NCBI GenBank assembly: GCA_050250415.1
Contig: JBFWOO010000004.1
Coordinates: forward strand, 149,766-213,765
Source of the DNA: Dehalococcoidia bacterium
GTDB lineage: Bacteria > Chloroflexota > Dehalococcoidia > UBA2979
Reading direction: 5' to 3'
DNA length: 64,000 nucleotides
Shown: piece by piece, positions 1-8,776 of the stretch
Layout: each line of letters opens with the position of its first letter
Numbering within the stretch: position 1 is the first letter of the stretch
The notes under the pieces: model-generated
What the model saw: the letters and a program-made list of their open reading frames with translations, nothing else
Databases searched by the model: none
What the model was told of the DNA's origin: nothing
Translations under genes and position numbers: made by a program

Positions 1-282
1 GTGACCCTGCCGGCGGTTCTGTGAGCGGATCCAGGCGCCAAAGGTGGCGGCGTCCGGCTCGGCCGAGTTGAAGTCGACCGTGGCGAAACCGAGGAGCTTG
101 CCGCGCTCCTCCACGACGAAGAACGCGCCGCTTTCGCCCTGGCGTTCCATCCAGGTCTCGACCTCCTCGGTGGTCTGGGCGCGCGAGAAGGTGATCGGCG
201 TGGGCTCGTGAAGCAGCTCCGCGATGATCTCGGCGATCTGGGCGGCGTCGCTCTTGGTGCCGCGTCGGACTTCGACGGCCAT
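1..282 (-). CDS. GNAT family N-acetyltransferase, N-terminal part only (the gene runs off the left window edge)
   Basis: Minus-strand ATG at 280-282, preceded by a GGGAGGA Shine-Dalgarno (revcomp of 286-292). It translates MAVEVRRGTKSDAAQIAEIIAELLHEP...FFVVEERGKLLGFATVDF...IRSQNRRQGH, a GNAT-like N-terminus. It is absent from the ORF track because no stop lies inside the window. Confidence 0.55.
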   Translation of the reverse strand, partial: MAVEVRRGTKSDAAQIAEIIAELLHEPTPITFSRAQTTEEVETWMERQGESGAFFVVEERGKLLGFATVDFNSAEPDAATFGAWIRSQNRRQGH

Positions 283-352
283 GGGTCCTCCCTCGATCTC
301 TCTCCGGTGGCGTCCCGCACCTCGTGGAGACGCCGCTGCTACACGCCCGTGC

Positions 353-1507
353 TCAGGCCCCGGGGCCAGAGGATGCGGTGCGCAAGGATCGCACGGACTC
401 GAGGAACCGGTCGAACAGGTACTCGGTGTCGTTGGGTCCGGGCGAGGCCTCTGAGTGGTACTGGATGGTGAACACGGGCTCCTCGCGATGCTGGAGCCCC
501 TCCACGGTGCCGTCGTTGAGGTGCACCTGCGCCACCTCGATCGCGGAGCCGAGCCGGTCGCCGTCGACGGCGAAGCCGTGGTTCTGCGACGTGATGTGGA
601 CGCGGCCCGTGATCTGGTCGAGCACCGGGTGGTTCGCGCCGCGGTGGCCGAACTTCAGCTTGAACGTGTCGGCGCCGAACGCCCGGCCGACCACCTGGTG
701 GCCGAGGCAGATGCCCATCACCGGCGTCCGCCCGATCAGCCCCTTCGACGTGCTCACGACGTGGTCGAGGAGCATGGGGTCGCCGGGGCCGGGGGAGAGC
801 AGGACGCCGTCCGGGCGCAGCGAGAGGATCGTCTCCGCGTCCGTGTCGTGCGGCACGGCGGTCACGGTGCAGCCGCGGGCGCGCAGGATGCGCATGATGT
901 TGCGCTTCACGCCGAGGTCGAGCACGACGACATGCGGGGCGCTGCCGTCAGGCGAGACGCCGAGCGGGACGCGCGGGTCCTCGAAGTCGTAGGCGACCGG
1001 CGTCGAGACGCTGGAGACATAATCGATGGTGGCGTAGTCCGGCTCCGCGTTCAGCCGCGCGAGGGCGGCGTCCGGCGCCTCGGAGCGGGTGATGGTGCCC
1101 ATGACCACGCCCCGGGAGCGGAGATGGCGCGTCAGGGCGCGCGTGTCCAGCTCGGCGATGCCGGGGATGCCGCGCTGGAGCAGGTACTCGTGCAGCGTCT
1201 GGATGGACTGCCAGTGCGAGGGCAGATCCGTCATCTCGCGCACGACGAAGCCACGCACCTGGACCTCGCCGCTCTCATCCGAGAAGAGGTTGGTGCCGTA
1301 GTTCCCCTGGAGCGGGAACGTCATCGTGAGGATCTGGCCACGGAAGGAAGGGTCGGTCAGCGCCTCCTGGTAGCCGGTCATGGACGTCGTGAACACCACC
1401 TCGCCCGTGGCGGGGACATCGGCGCCGACGCCGACACCCTCGAACACCCGTCCGTCCGCCAATACGAGGCGTGCCGGCGGCCTGGTGGAGGTCTGGAGCA
1501 AGCTCAC
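353..1507 (-). CDS. carA: carbamoyl-phosphate synthase small subunit (glutamine amidotransferase)
   Basis: 384-aa ORF with the TSMTGYQEALTDPSF N-domain and GICLGHQ / HGFAV class-I amidotransferase motifs. It is the last gene of the pyr operon. Confidence 0.95.
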   Translation of the reverse strand: MSLLQTSTRPPARLVLADGRVFEGVGVGADVPATGEVVFTTSMTGYQEALTDPSFRGQILTMTFPLQGNYGTNLFSDESGEVQVRGFVVREMTDLPSHWQSIQTLHEYLLQRGIPGIAELDTRALTRHLRSRGVVMGTITRSEAPDAALARLNAEPDYATIDYVSSVSTPVAYDFEDPRVPLGVSPDGSAPHVVVLDLGVKRNIMRILRARGCTVTAVPHDTDAETILSLRPDGVLLSPGPGDPMLLDHVVSTSKGLIGRTPVMGICLGHQVVGRAFGADTFKLKFGHRGANHPVLDQITGRVHITSQNHGFAVDGDRLGSAIEVAQVHLNDGTVEGLQHREEPVFTIQYHSEASPGPNDTEYLFDRFLESVRSLRTASSGPGA

Positions 1508-1546
1508 TCGATACCTTCCCCTGCGGTCGTTCGTGCCCCGGCGCGC

Positions 1547-2890
1547 CTAGAGCGCGACGACGCGTTCCGTCTCGTGGACGATGCGGCCGTTGGCGATCGT
1601 CGCCACGACCCGTCCCTTGAGCGTCTTGCCACGAAGTGGCGTGTTCTTCCCCTTGGAGGCGAACAACTCCGGCTCCACCGTCCAGCTGGCGTCTGGATCG
1701 AGGATCGTGACGTCGCCGAGCGCGCCGGGGGCGAGCGTTCCGAGTCCCTGGAGGCCGGGGATCTCGTCGAGCCGCCAGGCGCGGACGGGCCCAATCGTCA
1801 GCCGTTCGATCAGCGTGGGCAAGCTCAGCTTGCCGTCATGCACCAGCCGCATGCTGAGCCCGTACGCCGTCTCCAGCATGGTGAGGCCGGGCGCGGCGAG
1901 GTCGAACTCGATGTTCTTGTCGTTCACGCCGTGCGGGGCATGGTCCGTGGCGATGGCGTCGATGACGCCGTCGCGTAGCGCGATCGCCAGCGCTTCCAGG
2001 TCGCCCTCCTCGCGGAGGGGCGGGTTCACCTTCGCGTTCGTGTTGTAGCCGATGTGTACGTAGTCATCGCCGAACCCGACCTCCTCATGCGTGAGCGTGA
2101 GGTGGTGCGGCGTCACCTCGGCGGTGACGCGCGCGCCGCGCTCGCGGGCGGCGGCGATGAGGGCGACGGAGCCAGCGGTGGAGATGTGGCAGATGTGGAG
2201 GTGCGCGCCGACGAGCTCCGCGAGGGCGATGTCGCGGGCGACCATCGTCTCCTCGGCGCTGGCCGGCCGTCCGCGCAGGCCCAGGCGGGTCGCCACCCAG
2301 CCCTCGTGCATCTGGCCGTCACGGACGAGGCTCGGGTCCTCGCAGTGCTGGGCGACCGGGAGGTTGAACCGCGTGGAGTATTCGAGTGCGTGGCGCATCA
2401 GGCTCGCGTCCGCGACGGCGTCGCCGTCGTCGGAGAGCGCGACGACCCCGGCGCCCTTCAGCTCGCCCTGGGGCGTCAGCTCCGTGCCCCGACGGCCGAC
2501 CGTGATCGCGCCGATCGGGAGCACGCGGATCCTCGAGGAGGCTTCGACCTCGCGGAGGACCGACTCGATCGCGGCGCGGCTGTCCAGCGCGGGCATCGTG
2601 TTCGGCATCGCGCAGACGGTGGTGTATCCGCCGCGCGCGCCCGCCTCGGTCCCGGTGCGGATCGTCTCCTTGCCCTCGAAGCCGGGCTCGCGGAGGTGTG
2701 TGTGCAGGTCGACGAAACCCGGCGAAACGACGAGGCCGGTCGCGTCGATGCGCTCGGCGTCGATGACGGCGTCGCCCTCGCCCGGCCCGACGCGCGCGAT
2801 CCGACCGTCGACGATGACGACGTCGGCGATGCCGTCCTGGCCGAGGGCCGGGTCGATCACCCGCCCGTTGTGGATCGCGATGGTGGTCAC
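1547..2890 (-). CDS. pyrC: dihydroorotase
   Basis: 447-aa ORF with DLHTHLREPG and ATDHAPH metal-binding motifs. Its start overlaps the pyrB stop by 4 nt. Confidence 0.95.
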   Translation of the reverse strand: MTTIAIHNGRVIDPALGQDGIADVVIVDGRIARVGPGEGDAVIDAERIDATGLVVSPGFVDLHTHLREPGFEGKETIRTGTEAGARGGYTTVCAMPNTMPALDSRAAIESVLREVEASSRIRVLPIGAITVGRRGTELTPQGELKGAGVVALSDDGDAVADASLMRHALEYSTRFNLPVAQHCEDPSLVRDGQMHEGWVATRLGLRGRPASAEETMVARDIALAELVGAHLHICHISTAGSVALIAAARERGARVTAEVTPHHLTLTHEEVGFGDDYVHIGYNTNAKVNPPLREEGDLEALAIALRDGVIDAIATDHAPHGVNDKNIEFDLAAPGLTMLETAYGLSMRLVHDGKLSLPTLIERLTIGPVRAWRLDEIPGLQGLGTLAPGALGDVTILDPDASWTVEPELFASKGKNTPLRGKTLKGRVVATIANGRIVHETERVVAL

Positions 2891-3921
2891 GGACGGGCCT
2901 CGCTATCGCCGGGGAGATCGGTGCGGCCGGAGAGCAGATACAGCAGCGCCATGCGGATGGCGACGCCGTTCGTGACCTGCTCCTCGATGATGGAGTGCTG
3001 GCCGGCGGCGACGGAACCGGCGATCTCGATGCCCTCGTTCTTCGGCCCGGGGTGCATGAGCACGTGGTCCGGCTTCGCGCGGGCGAGACGCTTCTCCGTC
3101 ACCTGGTAGAGCTGCGCGTACTCGTGCAGCGAGGGCAGCAGGCCGCCCTGCTGGCGCTCGCTCTGGAGCCGCAGCGCCATGACGACGTCGGCGCCCTCGA
3201 TCGCGCGGTCGATGTCGGTCTCGATCGTGACGTTCGGCAGCGCCGTCTCGGCGTGCGCTGGCCGGTCCTGCGCGCGGAGGCCGCGCGGCAGCAGCGTGGG
3301 CGGTCCGCACAGGACCACCTCCGCGCCCATCGCCGTGAGGCCCCACATGTCCGAGCGCGCGACACGGGAGTGGCTGATGTCGCCGATCATCACCACCCGC
3401 TTGCCGGCGATGGTGCCCAGGCGGCTCTTGATTGTGTAGAGGTCGAGCAGGGCCTGCGTCGGGTGGGCGTGGAAGCCGTCCCCCGCGTTGATGATCGAGG
3501 CGTCCGTGTTCGCGGCCGCGAGGTACGGAGCGCCCGAGATGCTGTGCCGCATGACGATGGCGTCCGCGCGCATCGCGCGCAGCGTGCGGACGGTGTCGAT
3601 GAGCGACTCGCCCTTCACCACGGACGAGGTGCTGGCGGTGATGCTGAGCACGTCCGCGCCGAGCACCTTGCCGGCGAGCTCGAACGACGCGCGCGTGCGC
3701 GTCGAGGGTTCATAGAAGAGGTTGACGACCGTGTAGCCGCGGAGCGCGGGCACGCGGGCGATCCGCCGGTCCAGCACCTCTCGCATCCGCGCCGCGAGGT
3801 GGAGGACGGTCTCGATCTCCTCGATGGAGAAGTCGTCCAGGTCGAGGACGTGCTGGTGATGCCAGACGCCGTCCGGGCGGCGTCCCTCGCTGGTCGTGGG
3901 GGCGGGTGCGGTGGAGGTCAT
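2887..3921 (-). CDS. pyrB: aspartate carbamoyltransferase catalytic subunit
   Basis: 344-aa ORF with [17 protein letters not shown] and MHPGP motifs. Its ATG overlaps the pyrR stop (ATGA). Confidence 0.95.
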   Translation of the reverse strand: MTSTAPAPTTSEGRRPDGVWHHQHVLDLDDFSIEEIETVLHLAARMREVLDRRIARVPALRGYTVVNLFYEPSTRTRASFELAGKVLGADVLSITASTSSVVKGESLIDTVRTLRAMRADAIVMRHSISGAPYLAAANTDASIINAGDGFHAHPTQALLDLYTIKSRLGTIAGKRVVMIGDISHSRVARSDMWGLTAMGAEVVLCGPPTLLPRGLRAQDRPAHAETALPNVTIETDIDRAIEGADVVMALRLQSERQQGGLLPSLHEYAQLYQVTEKRLARAKPDHVLMHPGPKNEGIEIAGSVAAGQHSIIEEQVTNGVAIRMALLYLLSGRTDLPGDSEARP

Positions 3922-4466
3922 GACTCCATCCTCCCGGGAAGGACCACCACGGCGTCGCGGCCGTCCTCCTCCTGCAGCAGCACGCGGACGTTGTCCTCGC
4001 GCGAGGTCGGGATGTTCTTGCCGACGATGTCGGCGCGGATGGGGAGTTCGCGATGACCGCGGTCCACGAGGACGGCGAGGCGCACGATGCGGGGGCGGCC
4101 GAAGTCGTTGAGCGCGTCCAGCGCCGCGCGGATCGTCCGACCGGTCATGAGGACGTCGTCCACCAGCACCACCACCTTGCCGTCCACGTCCGGCAGGCTG
4201 GAGGGCTGCGGCGTCGGGTGGCGGCGGTCCAGGTCGTCGCGGTGGAGGGTGACGTCGAGCGCACCGACGCCCGGCCGGCTGCCCTCGATGGCCCCGATGT
4301 CGTCGGCGATGCGGGCAGCGATCGCGGCGCCGCCGCGCTGGATGCCCACCAGGACGAGGTCGTCCACGCCCTGGTTCGACTCCACGATCTCGTGGGCGAG
4401 CCGGCGCAGCGTGCGACGCACGGCCTGCGGGTCGAGGACGGGGGCGCTATTCACCGCGCTGCTCAT
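3918..4466 (-). CDS. pyrR: bifunctional pyrimidine operon regulator / uracil phosphoribosyltransferase PyrR
   Basis: Has the PRPP-binding motif [17 protein letters not shown]. The start was moved to the internal ATG ([12 protein letters not shown]...) because the 41 upstream codons of the 223-aa ORF cover the leader hairpin and terminator. This gives 182 aa, the usual PyrR size. Confidence 0.85.
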   Translation of the reverse strand: MSSAVNSAPVLDPQAVRRTLRRLAHEIVESNQGVDDLVLVGIQRGGAAIAARIADDIGAIEGSRPGVGALDVTLHRDDLDRRHPTPQPSSLPDVDGKVVVLVDDVLMTGRTIRAALDALNDFGRPRIVRLAVLVDRGHRELPIRADIVGKNIPTSREDNVRVLLQEEDGRDAVVVLPGRMES

Positions 4467-4497
4467 CGGGGTGACTGCCTCGGACGCGGGGGGAGCT

Positions 4498-4526
4498 ACA
4501 AAAAACCCTCCCACGGATCGGGGAGG
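4498..4526 (-). terminator. intrinsic terminator (attenuator) in the pyr operon leader
   Basis: The minus-strand RNA reads CCCUCCC-CGAUCCGU-GGGAGGG followed by UUUUUGU. It lies about 32 nt upstream of the pyrR ATG and downstream of the PyrR binding loop. Confidence 0.65.
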
Positions 4527-4610
4527 GGAGATCTCGATCGGGCCGCCGAGGCGGGTGTGCGGAGCGGTGGGCGCCGAGGCGCGAGACATCCATGCCTGGC
4601 GTTCCTTCCC

Positions 4611-4624
4611 GGCCTCACTGGACC
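4611..4624 (-). promoter_or_regulatory. PyrR binding loop (pyr leader RNA element)
   Basis: The minus strand reads GGUCCAGUGAGGCC. This matches the conserved PyrR-binding core ARUCCAGAGAGGYU with one substitution and is flanked by pairing CCGG/CCGG arms. Confidence 0.7.
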
Positions 4625-4656
4625 GGCTTTAAAGCAAACGCGGTGTGCTTCCGGAC

Positions 4657-4686
4657 AGGATACGCATATGGGCGGGCGATGCTCAA
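4657..4686 (-). promoter_or_regulatory. candidate sigma-70-type promoter of the pyr operon
   Basis: Minus strand: TTGAGC, 18 nt spacer, TATCCT. It sits just upstream of the PyrR binding loop in a locally lower-GC stretch. Confidence 0.3.
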
Positions 4687-4752
4687 GCCCAACCGCTCAA
4701 TTGCATGAGTGATATCGCGAGGAACGGCTGCCGGACGCCCCGGTACGAACCG

Positions 4753-5676
4753 CTAGGACGCGTCGCCGCCGCGCTGCTCGCGGAGGAAGCGCTCGAGGTC
4801 CTCGACCATGGAGGCGGCGTCCGGGAGCTCCTCGGCTTCGTCCGTGGCCTCTTCGAACAGCTCTTCGATGTCATCGTCATCGTCGAGCTCGTCAGCCGCG
4901 TCAGCGACGCGGCGCGCGTACTCGGCGACTTCAGGGTTCTGCTCGATGTCCGCCGCGACCTGGGCCTCGAACCGCGCCGCGAAGACCTCGAGGTCGTGGA
5001 GGGTCAGCCTCAGGTCAAGCCCGCTGTTCAGCCGCTCCAGCAGAGCGAGTGATCCCTTCGGGTTCGGGGTGCGCTGGACGTAGAACGGGATGTTCGCCCA
5101 GAGCGAGGCGCTCGGGATCTCCCGCTCGCGCAACAGCTGTGACAGCACGCCGACGATGCCCGTGGGGCCCTGGTAGGTGCTGCGAGTGCGCTCGCCCAGG
5201 CTCAGCGCCTCCGCGAGCCAGTCGACGGTCGCAGACCCGCTCACGCGGACGGGCTTCGCGTGGCTCGCCTCGCCCAGCAGCGCTCCCAGCAAGATCACGC
5301 CGGAGACGTCGAACTGCTCGCATACCTCGAGGATCGCCTCCACGTAGGAGCGCCAGGCAAGGTGGGGCTCGACACCGGCGAGGAGGATGACGTCGCGCTC
5401 AAGGTGATCGACGCGCTTCGCGCTGAACACGTTGGGCGGCCACTCCACGATGCGCTCGCCGTCCTTGAGTCGGACCTGCGGACGCATCTGGGTGAAGTCG
5501 TAGAAGTACTCGGGGTCGATCTCCGCGATGGTCTCCGTGCGCCAGCGTCGCTGGATGAAGCGCACGGCGCTGCTCGCCGCCTCACCCGCGTCGTTCCAGC
5601 CCGCGAAGCCCGCGATGAGCAGAGGCTTCCGCAGGTGCGGTTGCTGGACGACGCGAAGCGCTTCGAAGTCGGCCAT
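4753..5676 (-). CDS. PAC2 (proteasome assembly chaperone 2-like) family protein
   Basis: 307-aa ORF. The N-terminal LRKPLLIAGFAGWNDAGEAASSAV signature is typical of the bacterial PAC2 family, and the C-terminal tail is acidic. Confidence 0.8.
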   Translation of the reverse strand: MADFEALRVVQQPHLRKPLLIAGFAGWNDAGEAASSAVRFIQRRWRTETIAEIDPEYFYDFTQMRPQVRLKDGERIVEWPPNVFSAKRVDHLERDVILLAGVEPHLAWRSYVEAILEVCEQFDVSGVILLGALLGEASHAKPVRVSGSATVDWLAEALSLGERTRSTYQGPTGIVGVLSQLLREREIPSASLWANIPFYVQRTPNPKGSLALLERLNSGLDLRLTLHDLEVFAARFEAQVAADIEQNPEVAEYARRVADAADELDDDDDIEELFEEATDEAEELPDAASMVEDLERFLREQRGGDAS

Positions 5677-5818
5677 CGAGTTCCTCCGAGGGCGAGGCTC
5701 GACCGGGACGCACGCGGCGACCGGCCGGGCCCTGGACAGCCAGCATAGTACGGAGGCCGACCGGGGACGGGCAGCCCTCGCCAGGGAGCGCGGTTGTCCT
5801 CAGCGCGGACGATCCGAG

Positions 5819-6424
5819 TCAGGCGCCGGGCACTAGCTTCATGAGCTCGTCGAACGCGCGGGTCGCCTGGTCGGCGAGGCTGGAAGAGGGGCTCTTCAGC
5901 CACTCGTCGACGGCGAAGTTCCAGGCGTCCACTGCCATGTGGGCCAGGAGGCGATCCGCCGGCTGCTCGATGCCGTCCGCCCGGCGGCTGGCGAGGACCT
6001 CCGCGAGCTCCTCGACCCACTCGAGCTGTACGAGCATGAGCGCGCCGTGCACGCGCTGGTTGTTACGGAGCATGCCCCCCAGGGAGCGCTGGCGCTCCGG
6101 CACGGCGGCGTGCGCCGCTTCCACTTCGAGGAACGCGTCCCGCATCGCAGCGATCGGGGGCACCGAGGTAGGCATACGCCGGAACGCCTCGGCGACGCTG
6201 ATGCCGATCTCCTGCATCCCGGAGAGGAGCGACTCGTCCTTGCTCGCGAAGTAGCGGAAGTAGGTCCGGCGCGAAATGCCGGCAGCGGCCGCGATGTCGT
6301 CGACCGTGGTGTGCTCGAACCCGTTGCGGAGGAAGGAGCGGATCGCGGCGCGGGCAATCTCGGCGCGAGTGCTGTCGTGGCTCCGCAAGCGGCTCACCTG
6401 GCTCTGGAGGGATCTGCTGACCAC
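5819..6424 (-). CDS. TetR/AcrR family transcriptional regulator
   Basis: HTH region TRAEIARAAIRSFLRNGFEHTTVDDIAAAAGISRRTYFRYFASKD. The start was moved to GTG at 6424, which has GGAG 7 nt upstream; the ORF-track ATG at 6493 lacks an SD. Confidence 0.85.
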   Translation of the reverse strand: MVSRSLQSQVSRLRSHDSTRAEIARAAIRSFLRNGFEHTTVDDIAAAAGISRRTYFRYFASKDESLLSGMQEIGISVAEAFRRMPTSVPPIAAMRDAFLEVEAAHAAVPERQRSLGGMLRNNQRVHGALMLVQLEWVEELAEVLASRRADGIEQPADRLLAHMAVDAWNFAVDEWLKSPSSSLADQATRAFDELMKLVPGA

Positions 6425-6755
6425 GATGCTACTCCGTCGGGGAACTTTTGCCCCTTGCAAGGCGAAGGTTTGAAGAAGAAATGACTTACTCAATCGGCGC
6501 GATCAATGAAGCCGGCCCAGCTGGCCGGCGCGGTGATCCTCGACGTGTCGGTGACCACGTTCGTCATCCTAGAACGCGGCCGGCGGTTCGCGCCAACAGG
6601 TACCCCGTCGCGCGTGAAGGCCGCGCGTGGGCGCTCGGCGACCGTCTCCGCCGCCTGGCGACTGGGGGATTGCCGGAATGTAGGGAGATCCATGCCGGCG
6701 GCGCGTCGGGCGGTGCGGAGGCCCCGGATCGTCAACGACTGCGCGGGCGATTGGA

Positions 6756-6830
6756 GTGGCTCCCCGACGTGGATTCGAACCACGAACCTACCGGTTAACA
6801 GCCGGTTGCTCTACCGTTGAGCTATCGGGG
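6756..6830 (-). tRNA. tRNA-Asn (anticodon GTT)
   Basis: The reverse complement folds as a cloverleaf: acceptor TCCCCGA/TCGGGGA, anticodon arm ACCGG-CTGTTAA-CCGGT, T-arm GTGGTTCGAATCCAC, and an encoded CCA. Confidence 0.93.
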
Positions 6831-6973
6831 AACGGCGTCCGATCAGTTTCCCGCACGCGCGACCAGCGAGCAACAGCCAACACGTCGCGCGCCCTCGCCG
6901 CACCATCGCCGCGCCCGTCCCGAGCTGCGTCTCCGGCGTCGGCATGGGCCTGAGCGCGGGGTGGGGTGACCGC

Positions 6974-7047
6974 TGGCTGGCGGACCAGGATTCGAACCTG
7001 GGCTAAGGGATCCAAAGTCCCCTGTGCTACCGCTACACCATCCGCCA
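6974..7047 (-). tRNA. tRNA-Gln (anticodon TTG)
   Basis: Reverse complement TGGCGGA...GGGGA-CTTTGGA-TCCCT...CCAGGTTCGAATCCTGG-TCCGCCA-G-CCA. It has the U1-A72 pair typical of tRNA-Gln. Confidence 0.9.
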
Positions 7048-7176
7048 GCGTCGGCTCCCGAGGGGCGCCGCAGCGTCACGTAGCGTCGCAGACCGCCCGC
7101 ACGACCGCTACTCCGAGGTACCTCGCGTGACCGAGGAATCCACTAGGCTGAGCCAGCGCGCAGCCGGAGGTGACCC

Positions 7177-7788
7177 ATGCCCGAGTCGTTCTACGTCGAG
7201 CCGGTGGAGCCGGTGCTCCGCCGCTTCGTGGAGGACTTCCGCAACATCGTCGCGCGCGAGGACCGCGCATCGATCCTCCAGGCGCTGAAGGCGCCGGTCG
7301 AGCAGCTGCTGTACGACCCGACGTGGATCACGGAGCAGTACCGCCGTCCCGTCCCGGACACCACCGCCGCCTGGGCGATCTACCGCTCGCAGGAGCCAGA
7401 CCTCTGCATCTTCACCATGGTGGTTCCGCCGATGGCGATGACGAAGGTCCACAACCACCTCACGGATGGCTGGGTTGGCCTCGTCCAGGGCGAGCAGGTG
7501 GAGCGGAAGTTCCTCCGCCGCGACGACGGCTCGCGGGCGGGATACGCCGACCTCCAGTTGATCTCAGAAGACCCGATCCGCCTCGGGGAACTCACGCCGC
7601 TGCGGCACCCGGACGAGGACATCCACCAGGTGATCACCGCCTCGGCCGTGCCCTCGGTCTCCCTGCACGTGCTCTGCAACGACCTGGGGACGGTGGAGCG
7701 CCAGGCCTTCGAGCCCGAGGAGCACCACGTCGAGGACTTCATCTCGGGGTACACGAACGTGGACGGCGGCTCAGCGATCGGGCGTTAG
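7177..7788 (+). CDS. cupin-fold protein, cysteine dioxygenase type I-like
   Basis: 203-aa ORF with cupin metal motifs (KVHNH...IHQV) and strong GC3 coding bias. The family assignment comes from motif resemblance only. Confidence 0.6.
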   Translation: MPESFYVEPVEPVLRRFVEDFRNIVAREDRASILQALKAPVEQLLYDPTWITEQYRRPVPDTTAAWAIYRSQEPDLCIFTMVVPPMAMTKVHNHLTDGWVGLVQGEQVERKFLRRDDGSRAGYADLQLISEDPIRLGELTPLRHPDEDIHQVITASAVPSVSLHVLCNDLGTVERQAFEPEEHHVEDFISGYTNVDGGSAIGR

Positions 7789-7867
7789 CCGCTCGCTCCC
7801 GGGCGGAGGGCCGCCTACGCTCGCCCCGTCGAGGATTCACCCAGCGCGCCGACGACCACGAGGCCCG

Positions 7868-8776
7868 ATGCGTCCCGATCTCCTGTTCCGGCACTACCTC
7901 TTCGGCCTGCTGATGGGGTCCGCGGACGTCGTCCCCGGGGTGTCGGGCGGGACGATGGCGCTGGTCGTGGGGATCTACGCCCGGCTCATCGACTCGATTG
8001 GGCGGGCCGTTGCGGCGGTCCCGCTGGCCGTCCGCGGACGTCCGGGAGCAGCGATCCGCTCGCTGCTGTCGGTCGAATGGACGCTGGTGCTCCCGCTGGG
8101 CCTGGGCATCCTCACGGCGATCGTGGTCGCCTCGGCGTTCATCCCACAGCTGCTGGAGGATCACCCGGTCGTGATGCGGGCGCTCTTCTTCGGGCTCATC
8201 GCCGGATCGCTCACGCTGCCTTGGCAGCGGATCCAGGAGCACAGCGCCCGCACCTTCGGGCTGCTCGCCGTCGCTGCCGTCGCGGCCTTCATCTTCTCGG
8301 GCCTGCCGGACACCGAGGTCGGCGATCCGTCCATGGTCCAGGTCTTCGGCTCAGCGATGCTCGCGATCTGCGCGATGATCCTGCCGGGCGTGAGCGGCTC
8401 GTTCCTGCTGCTCGTGCTTGGCATGTACGAGCCGACGCTGGACGCCGTGCATGAGCGGGATGTCGCCTACCTCGCGGTGTTCCTCGCCGGCGCGGTGGTG
8501 GGCATCTCCCTCTTCGCCGTCGTCCTGCGCTGGCTCCTCGTCCACGTGCACGACCTGACGATGGCGGCACTCGTCGGGCTGATGCTCGGTTCGCTGCGAG
8601 CGCTCTGGCCGTTCCTCGAGGACGACCGCGGCCTGCGCCTGCCGGAGGAGGGTGACCCCGTGCTGCTCGCCCTCGCGCTCGGCCTCGGCGGGCTGGTGTT
8701 CGTGCTCGGGCTCGCCCGGCTCGGTGACGCCGCCGAGGCCGCCGAGGAGTCGGCGGGCGTGGCCCGGGGGCGCTAG
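7868..8776 (+). CDS. DUF368 family membrane protein (proposed undecaprenyl-phosphate translocase family)
   Basis: 302-aa polytopic protein with the GSADVVPGVSGGTMAL and ILPGVSGSFLLL signature repeats of DUF368. Confidence 0.8.
   Translation: MRPDLLFRHYLFGLLMGSADVVPGVSGGTMALVVGIYARLIDSIGRAVAAVPLAVRGRPGAAIRSLLSVEWTLVLPLGLGILTAIVVASAFIPQLLEDHPVVMRALFFGLIAGSLTLPWQRIQEHSARTFGLLAVAAVAAFIFSGLPDTEVGDPSMVQVFGSAMLAICAMILPGVSGSFLLLVLGMYEPTLDAVHERDVAYLAVFLAGAVVGISLFAVVLRWLLVHVHDLTMAALVGLMLGSLRALWPFLEDDRGLRLPEEGDPVLLALALGLGGLVFVLGLARLGDAAEAAEESAGVARGR

Noticed and set aside
6756-7047. tRNA genes as integration sites of a genomic island or prophage
   Set aside because: No integrase, transposase, direct repeat of a tRNA 3' end or compositional shift was seen next to any of the seven tRNA genes. 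The flanking genes are ordinary chromosomal families.
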